From: Ranitomeya imitator
Taxonomy: Eukaryota
Reading direction: 5' to 3'
DNA length: 64,000 bases
NCBI RefSeq assembly: GCF_032444005.1
Contig: NC_091283.1
Location: forward strand, 29,326,001 to 29,390,000
In this document: positions 59,915-64,000 of the stretch, piece after piece
Layout of the letters: each line of letters opens with the position of its first letter
Numbering within the stretch: position 1 is the first letter of the stretch
Position numbers and translations under genes: made by a program
The notes under the pieces: generated by a model
Told to the model about the DNA's origin: nothing
The model's database searches: none
Seen by the model: only the letters and a program-made list of their open reading frames with translations

Positions 59915-61080
59915 TTAATTTATTTCAGTTCTTCAATACAAAAAGTGAAACTCATATATTCTATAGAGTCATTACACACCGTGATCTATTTCACGTGTTT
60001 ATTTCTGTTAATGTTAATGATTATGGCTTACAGCCAATGAAAACCCAAAAGTCTTTATCTCAGTAAATTAGAATACTTTATAACACCAGCTTGAAAAATT
60101 ATTTTAAAATCTGAAATGTTGGCCTACTGAAATGTATGTTCGGTAAATGCCCTCAGTACTTGGTCACGGCTCCTTCTGGATCAATTAATGCATCAATGTG
60201 GCGTGGCATGGAGGCGATCAGCCTGTGGCACTGCTGAGGGGTTATGGAAGCCCAGGTTGCTTTGATAGCAGCCTTCAGCTCCTCTGCATTGTTGGGTCTG
60301 GTGTCTCATCTTCCTCTTGACAATACTCCATAGATTCTCTATGGGGTTAAGGTCAGGCGAGTTTGCTGCCAATCAAGCACAGTGATACTGTTGTTTGTAA
60401 ACCAGGTATTGGTACTTTTGGCAGTGTGGACAGGGGCCAAGTCCTGCTGGAGAATTAAATTTCCATCTCCAAAAAGTTTGTCGGCAGAGGGAAGCATGAA
60501 GTGCTCTAAAATGTCCTGGTAGACGGCTGCGCTGACTTTGGTCTTGATAAAACCCAGTGGACCTACACCAGCAGATGACATGGCTCCCCAAACCATCACT
60601 GATTGTGGAGACTTCACACTAGACCTCCAGCAGCTTGGATTGTGGCCTCTCCACTCTTCCTCCAGACTCTGGGACCTTGATTTCCAAATGAAATGCAAAA
60701 TTTACTTTCATCTGAAAACAGCACCTTGGACCACTGAGCAACAGTCCAGTTCTTTTTCTCCTTGGCCCAGGTAAGACGCTTCTGGCATTGTCTATTGTTC
60801 ATGAGTGGCTGACACAAGGAATGTGACACTTGTAGCCCATGTCCTGGATACATCTGTGTGTGGTGAAGCAATGACTCCAGCAGCAGTCCACTCCTTGTCA
60901 ATCTCCCCCAAATTTTTGAATGGCCTTTTCTTAACAATCCTTTCAAGGCTGCGGTTATCCCGGTTGCTTGTGCACCTTTTTCTATCACACTTTTTCCTTC
61001 CACTCAACTTTCCATTAATATGCTTGGATACGACACTCTTTGAACAGCTAGTTTCTTTATCAGTGGCCTTTTGTGGCTTA

Positions 61081-62078
61081 CAAATGTGCATGTGTCTGCA
61101 CAAACGGTTAGAAACCGACTCCATGAGGATGGTCTGAGTGCCCGACGCCCACAGATGGGGGTTGTGCTCACAGCCCAACACCGTGCAGGACGCTTGGCAT
61201 TTGCCACAGAACACCAGGATTGGCAAATTCACCACTGGCGCCTTGTGCTCTCCACAGATGAAAGCAGGTTCACACTGAACACATGTGACAGATGTGACAG
61301 AGTCTGGAGACGCCGTGGAGAGCGATCTGCTGCCTGCAACATCCTTTAGCATAACCAATTTGGCAATGGGTCAGTAATGGTGTGGGGTGGCATTTCTTTG
61401 GAGGGCGCACAGCCCTCCATGTGCTCGCCCGAGGTAGCCTGACTGCCATTAGGTACCGAGATGAGATCCTCAGACCCCTTGTGAGACCATATGCTGGTGC
61501 GGTTGGCCCTGGGTTCCTCCTAATGCAGGACAATGCCAGACCTCATGTGGCTGGAGTGAGTCAGCAGTTCCTGCAAGATGAAGGCATTGAAGCTATGGAC
61601 TGGCTCGCCCGTTCCCCAGACCTAAATCCGATTGAGCACATCTGAGACATCATGTCTCGCACCATCCACCAACGACACATTGCACCACAGACTGTCCAGG
61701 ACTTGGCGGATCTTTAGTCCAGGTCTTGGAGGAGATCCCTCAGGAGACCATCCGCCGCCTCATGAGGAGCATGCGTTGTAGGGAGGTCATACAGGCACGT
61801 GGAGGCCACACACAATTCTGAGCATCTTTTCCTTGTCATGAGGCATTTCCACTGAAGTTGGATCAGCCTGTAATTTGATTTTACACTTTGATTTTGAGTA
61901 TCGTTCCTAATCCAGACCTCCGTTGGATATTAGTTGTGATTTACATTGATCATTTTTATGTTTTATTGTTCTTAACACATTCCACTATGTAATGAATAAA
62001 GATTTGCAACTGAAATATTTCATTCAGTGATATCTAGGATGTGGGATTTTAGTGTTTCCTTTATTTTTTTTAGCAGTG
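61081..62078 (+). mobile_element. 3' half of a second Tc1 (element B) inside Tc1 A
   Basis: STDESRF, MQDNARPH, SPDLNPIEH motifs on +; right end GCAGTG|TA. Confidence 0.82.
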
Positions 62079-62691
62079 TATATGAGTTTCACTTTTTGTA
62101 TTGAAGAACTGAAATAAATTAACTTTTTGATGATAGTCTAATTTTGTGAAATGCACCTGTATTTATTGGACAATATTAATGATTTCTGCACCATATTATC
62201 GAGACAATGCAGGTTTCACATTTATTTTTCTTTTTTTATATAGGGTATACTTAATTTTTCCCTTTTATTAAGAATTTTCAGGTTTATCGCAAAAAGAAAA
62301 ATAAATAAAAAATATTCATTGTTGATTCTAAGCAATTTTTCAGGAGATATATTAAAACTGACATTTCATACTCCAGTCGATAAAAAATTTTTTTTGCATT
62401 TTTTCCGAGTGATGTGCAAAGTGAATGACTGTGACTTTTTGTGTGAGTTGCAACTATTTGGAACTCACTTTCTTGCAAAAACTGTGGGCTATAAATATAA
62501 TAAAAGTGGTCCATAGCGTTACCCTAGAATATAATTATTTCCACTTTTTATTACCTACCAAATATTTTGATATTACCTCTTTCAGATAGAAATTATATTT
62601 TATGTATTTTTAATTTATTTTTATTACTTACTCTTATTTTAATTGCCTGAACCTCATTCTTAGAAAAAAGATCCACGGGGACTCTAGTAAA

Positions 62692-63567
62692 CTATATACA
62701 TAATTGTCTAAGGGTCACTTCCGTCTGTCTGTCTGTCCTTCTGTCACGGTTATTCGTTCGCTGATTGGTCTCGGCAGCTGCCTGTCATGGCTGCCGCGAC
62801 CAATCAGCGACGGCCACAGTCCGATTAGTCCCTCCCCTACTCCCCTGCACTCACTGCCCGGCGCCCGCTCCGTAATCCCCTCCACTTGCCGCTCAAACAG
62901 GGTTAATGGCAGCGGTAACGGCCCGTGGTGTAACGCACTCCGTTACCCCTGCTATTAACCCTGTGTGTCCCCAACTATTTACTATTGATGCTGCCTATGC
63001 GGCATCAATAGTAAAAATATGTCGTGTTAAAAATAATAATTAAAAAAAAAACCTGCTATACTCACCCTCCGTCGCCTTTCTCGCTCCTCTCCACGCTCCC
63101 GGCACCGCACCATTGCAAGCGGCAGCTTCCGCTCCCGTCCCAGGGCTGGTGTGGGACAAGGGCCTGCCGTGATGTCACGGTCGGTCATGTGACCGCGACG
63201 TCATCATAGGTCCTGCTCCACCACTACACCAGCCCTGGGACGGGACTGCAAGCTGCTGCTTCCAATGGAGCGGTGCCGGGAGCGTGGAGAGGAGCGAGAA
63301 AGGCGGCGGAGGGTGAGTATAGCAGGACTTCAACGGGCTATAGGTGAGTATATGTTTTTTTTTTTTTTTTAAACTTTCTATACTACGTGGCTCTGTGCTG
63401 GGCAATATACTACGTGACTGGGCAATATACTACGTGGCTGGGCAGTATACTACGTGACTGGGCAATATACTACGTGGCTGGGCAATATACTACGTGGCTG
63501 GGCAATATACTACGTGGACATGCATATTCTAGAATACCCGATGCGTTAGAATCGGGTCACCGTCTAG
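62692..63567 (+). mobile_element. Non-autonomous Helitron-like element
   Basis: 5' (A)CTATATACATAATTGTCTAAGGG; 3' hairpin CCCGAT...ATCGGG then CTAG|T; internal duplication and 20-bp tandem repeat at 63401-63517. Confidence 0.7.
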
Positions 63568-64000
63568 TTCTATATATAAACGTCCTCTGCTCGTTTATGT
63601 CCTTAATGGGATATTCCCATCTTCACATATGGGTATTGTCGGATAGAGCCCATAAAAAGAAACACTTTATTAATTCCCTGTTTATTAAAATTTGCAACCA
63701 TTTTTGAGATATTAACACTTTTCTTTTCTTTACAGCTAGTTACCTAGGAGATCGACCACCACTGCTGTCTAGTTTGTAAGCACTGCACATTTGGCAACAG
63801 CGCACTCCAGCCACCCTGGTCAGCTTCATTGCAGCACATACAAGCTTCGTAGAAAAGAGCGTGTAAACACTGAACGTTTGGCAGCAGTGGTCGGACTCCT
63901 AGGCAACAAGCTGTAGACAAACATGTTAATATCTCAAGATAGGCAGCAAATTTTAATAAACAGTAAATTGCAAAAGTGCTTGTTTCTTCCATGCACTACT

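Larger units (their letters stand above)
59548..62159 (-). mobile_element. Tc1-family element A (decayed transposase about 60339-61003 on -), with nested insertions
   Basis: Matching TIR segments at 59548-59970 (split by a MITE) and 62081-62159 ending GCACCTG|TA; LFSDESKF and QQDLAPVH motifs. Confidence 0.8.

Noticed and set aside
63744-63992. 82-aa minus-strand ORF
   Set aside because: No TAP or other recognisable motif; it contains an internal repeat (LLPNVQCL twice).

Overview
Eukaryotic, repeat-rich vertebrate DNA, most likely an anuran amphibian (inferred from protein similarity to frog sequences and frog-type repeat families; the species cannot be determined). It is part of the MHC antigen-processing region. 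The right third holds a complete six-exon PSMB8 (LMP7, immunoproteasome beta5i) gene on + (CDS 45989-55465, 270 aa, Phe at mature residue 31) and the last three exons of an ABC peptide transporter called as TAP1 on - (57133-59241), arranged tail-to-tail. The left two-thirds is almost all repeats: an ERV 5' end, a 265-bp higher-order tandem array, and a 37-bp satellite split by a 22.7-kb nest (a chromovirus containing a young second chromovirus and a full-length L1, with a TTAA-flanked DNA element inside the L1). MITEs, Tc1 copies, a solo LTR, a Penelope fragment with a hammerhead-like motif, a Helitron and minisatellites fill the rest. The most notable non-repeat signal is an orphan MHC-type X1-X2-Y box at 36625-36666. 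Two N gaps are present. Most long ORFs in the supplied track are repeat artefacts.
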